From the NCBI RefSeq assembly GCF_034119765.1, contig NZ_CP139339.1: 32,000 nt of DNA; one strand, given 5' to 3'. Origin of the DNA: Escherichia coli. GTDB lineage: Bacteria > Pseudomonadota > Gammaproteobacteria > Enterobacterales > Enterobacteriaceae. Positions 28,922 through 32,000 of the stretch are shown here, piece by piece; the first letter of the stretch is position 1; every line of letters begins with the position of its first letter. The translations under genes and the position numbers were made by a program. The notes beneath the pieces are model-generated. The model saw only the letters and a program-made list of their open reading frames with translations. It searched no databases and was not told where the DNA came from.

Positions 28922-29700
28922 TTAACGCGTTCGCTGCGAAAGCACCTGCTGCTTATCCAGCTTTTGCACCAGCGGCTGCACCACTTTATCCCCATGCTGA
29001 CCAAAGTATTGATACAGCGTATCGGACGCACTTTTGGTCAGCACCATAATCTCAATGCGCCGGTTGCCCGCGCTTTGCGGATTTTTGGAATCCAGCAGCA
29101 TCTGGTCCGCCATTGCGCTTACCTGCATCACTTTATCTTCCGGCATTCCGGCCTCTTCCAGCACCCGACGAGCCGAAAGCGCGCGGTCACCCGAAAGGTT
29201 CCAGTTGTCGTAGATATTGTTTTTGTAAGCCATCGCATCGGTATGCCCGGTAATAATAATTTTGTTATCGAGCGAGTCGAACACTGGCGCGAGCTCCACC
29301 AGCAGCGTTTTAAAGAACGGCATAATCTGCGCGCTGCCGCGTTCGAACATATTGCGATTCTGGTCGTCTTTAATCAGCACGCGTAATCCCTGGGGAACAA
29401 TCTCCATCTCCAGATTCGCTTCCATATGCGCATCACGGGCAATGGTGGTGATACTGGTTGCCAGCTCGCCAAGCTCGGTGGCGGATTTCTTCTTCAGCAG
29501 CGCCGTTTTCTCATTGACGTCGCGCGCTTTTTTCTCCGTCTCTTCCGGCACCGCCACGGTGGCAGGTTTTGGCGGATGAGACGGGCTGATTTTATTTAAC
29601 GGCGACAGCCCGCCACCATTGAAAATCGACTGCCCGTGCAGCGCGGCGATAATGCTTTCACGCTCGGATTTACTGACGCTGTTGACAATCAACTTTATTG
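28922..29700 (-). pseudogene. lafU: LafU (MotB-like lateral flagellar motor protein) C-terminal remnant
   Basis: OmpA/MotB-like domain (KIIITGHTDAMAYKNNIYDNWNLSGDRALSARRVLEEAG). The N-terminal TM/plug region is missing and the frame upstream of about 29700 is antisense lfhA. Confidence 0.8.
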
Positions 29701-31391
29701 TCGTCACCAAAGGGGCCGAGCGTATTTCCGAGGTTTCTGCCCGCTTTACCTTAGACGCGATGCCCGGCAAACAGATGGCGATTGACGCCGATCTTAACGC
29801 CGGATTGATCAACCAGGCGCAGGCGCAAACCCGGCGTAAAGATGTTGCCAGCGAGGCCGATTTCTACGGCGCGATGGACGGGGCATCGAAGTTTGTGCGC
29901 GGGGACGCCATCGCCGGGATGATGATTCTGGCGATCAACCTGATCGGCGGCGTCTGTATCGGGATCTTCAAATACAACCTGAGCGCCGATGCTGCCTTCC
30001 AGCAGTATGTGCTGATGACCATCGGCGACGGCCTGGTGGCGCAGATCCCTTCCCTGCTGCTCTCCACCGCGGCGGCGATTATCGTCACCCGCGTCAGCGA
30101 CAACGGCGATATCGCCCATGACGTGCGTAACCAGCTGCTGGCAAGCCCGTCGGTGCTCTACACCGCCACCGGGATTATGTTCGTGCTGACGGTGGTACCG
30201 GGAATGCCGCACCTGCCGTTTTTGCTGTTCAGCGCCCTGCTTGGTTTTACCGGCTGGCGGATGAGCAAACAGCCGCTGGCGGCGGAGGCGGAAGAGAAAA
30301 GCCTCGAAACGCTGACCCGCACCATCACCGAAACCAGCGAGCAGCAGGTCAGTTGGGAAACCATTCCGCTGATCGAGCCTATCAGTTTAAGCCTCGGTTA
30401 CAAACTGGTGGCGCTGGTGGACAAAGCACAGGGTAACCCGCTCACCCAGCGGATTCGCGGCGTGCGGCAGGTGATTTCTGACGGCAACGGCGTGCTGCTG
30501 CCGGAGATCCGCATTCGGGAAAACTTCCGCCTTAAGCCCAGTCAGTACGCCATTTTCATCAACGGCATAAAGGCTGATGAAGCGGATATTCCGGCGGATA
30601 AACTGATGGCCCTGCCCTCCAGCGAAACCTACGGCGAGATTGACGGCGTGCAGGGGAACGACCCGGCGTACGGGATGCCGGTCACCTGGATCCAGGCGGC
30701 GCAGAAAGCGAAGGCGCTGAATATGGGGTATCAGGTGATCGACAGCGCCAGCGTGATCGCTACCCATGTAAATAAGATTGTGCGCAGCTATATTCCTGAT
30801 TTGTTTAACTATGATGATATTACGCAGTTGCATAACCGTTTATCGTCGACGGCACCGCGTCTGGCGGAAGATTTGAGCGCGGCGCTCAATTACAGCCAGT
30901 TGCTGAAAGTGTACCGGGCGCTGCTGACCGAAGGCGTTTCCCTGCGCGATATCGTCACCATCGCCACCGTGCTGGTCGCCAGTAGCACGGTGACGAAAGA
31001 TCATATTCTGCTGGCGGCCGATGTGCGCCTGGCATTGCGGCGCAGCATTACCCATCCGTTCGTTCGCAAGCAGGAGCTGACGGTGTATACGCTGAATAAT
31101 GAGCTGGAAAATCTGCTGACCAACGTGGTGAATCAGGCGCAACAGGGCGGGAAAGTGATGCTCGACAGCGTGCCGGTCGATCCGAATATGCTCAACCAGT
31201 TCCAGAGTACGATGCCACAGGTGAAAGAGCAGATGAAAGCGGCGGGGAAAGACCCGGTGCTGCTGGTGCCACCGCAGCTGCGCCCTTTGCTGGCGCGTTA
31301 TGCAAGGTTGTTTGCGCCGGGGCTGCATGTGCTGTCGTATAACGAAGTGCCGGATGAGCTGGAGTTGAAGATTATGGGGGCGTTGATGTAA
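29700..31391 (+). pseudogene. lfhA: LfhA/FlhA-like flagellar export protein, N-terminally truncated (Flag-2 remnant)
   Basis: FlhA family sequence (FIVVTKGAERISEVSARFTLDAMPGKQMAIDADLNAGLINQAQAQTRR) joined to lafU sequence. N-terminal TM segments are missing. Confidence 0.82.
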
Positions 31392-31394
31392 GTA

Positions 31395-31612
31395 TCCAGC
31401 ATTGGTGCACAACTGCCGGATGCGGCGTGAACGCCTTATCCGTCCTACCGTTCAGGCACAAGTTTGTAGGCATGATAAGACGCGCCAGCGTCGCATCAGG
31501 CATCTGCGCATAACTGCCGGATGCGGCATAAACGCCTTATCCGGCCTACCGATCCGGCACAAGTTTGTAGGCATGATAAGACGCGCTAGCGTCGCATCAG
31601 GCATCTGCGCAC
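31395..31612. repeat. REP/BIME repeats
   Basis: Two near-identical units: ACTGCCGGATGCGGCRTRAACGCCTTATCC...GGCACAAGTTTGTAGGCATGATAAGACGCGCYAGCGTCGCATCAGGCATCTGCGCA. Confidence 0.85.
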
Positions 31613-31614
31613 AA

Positions 31615-32000
31615 TTATGAAATGATACGCTCCCCGGCACTAAAATCCGTTACGTCCCCCGCCCAATCGATGGGATATAACCCTCGCGCGACATCGCGAT
31701 GGAACGTTGAGAATGGCCAATCACTCACTTGCTTTACCCAACCATGCTTTACTGGATTTATATAAATATAATCAACATGATGCCTATAATCTTTGGTATT
31801 GCGGATGGCGTGCTCCCAAAAACGTGGTTGCCAGATATTTTTCAATCCACAAGCATGGGTAAATTGCTTTTTAATTTCCCGCCAGCGCGAGGAAAAATCA
31901 TCATCGCCTTCAGGTAATGTCCAGATACAGTGCATATGCTCTGGCAAAACGACCCAGGCGTTGATTTCAAAAGGCCTGTCTCGCTTAACTTTAATAATGG
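31615..32000 (-). CDS. REP-associated tyrosine transposase (RAYT), partial, continues beyond the window
   Basis: LPEHMHCIWTLPEGDDDFSSRWREIKKQFTHA...YIYINPVKHGWVKQVSDWPFSTFHR is the Y1/RAYT signature. The frame stays open upstream (IIKVKRDRPFEINAWVVLPEH) to the window edge. Confidence 0.88.
   Translation of the reverse strand, partial: IIKVKRDRPFEINAWVVLPEHMHCIWTLPEGDDDFSSRWREIKKQFTHACGLKNIWQPRFWEHAIRNTKDYRHHVDYIYINPVKHGWVKQVSDWPFSTFHRDVARGLYPIDWAGDVTDFSAGERIIS

Noticed and set aside
30387-31412. 148- and 190-aa minus-strand ORFs antisense to lfhA
   Set aside because: Histidine- and arginine-rich shadow translations of an FlhA-like coding sequence.

Overview
This window is an Escherichia coli-type chromosomal segment. 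It runs paoA(end)-paoB-paoC-paoD-yagP scar, then an approximately 12.2 kb integrated satellite-like element in the 3' end of thrW tRNA, then thrW, proA, proB, an IS1 copy with a 9-bp target duplication, phoE, crl, frsA, gpt, pepD, the prfH/rtcB2 deletion scar, yafP, yafO, yafN, dinB, the lafU/lfhA Flag-2 deletion scar, REP repeats and the start of a RAYT gene.

The least explained part is the thrW element (about 4.71-16.89 kb). It has a P4-type integrase, an AlpA-like regulator, an AntA/AntB-type antirepressor, an Icd/Ash-like ORF, a P4 alpha-type primase-helicase, an SSB, and a left-end cargo block. The cargo is a HEAGH zinc-metallopeptidase-like protein next to a small secreted protein, a pRiA4b ORF-3-like protein, and small ORFs of unknown function. 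I see no sid, delta, psu, terminase or other obvious packaging gene.

The strongest non-coding signals are:
(1) an iteron field of 11 CCCTAC/GTAGGG hexamers in about 245 bp, including two opposed triplets at exact 10-bp spacing, a candidate replication origin;
(2) a roughly 650-nt untranslated leader upstream of alpA with boxA-like repeats, an exact 23-bp direct repeat and serial hairpins, a candidate immunity or antitermination RNA region;
(3) matched paired TACCCCC repeats near both ends, candidate integrase or excisionase arm sites.

All calls come from sequence reading and remembered family features. No database search was run.
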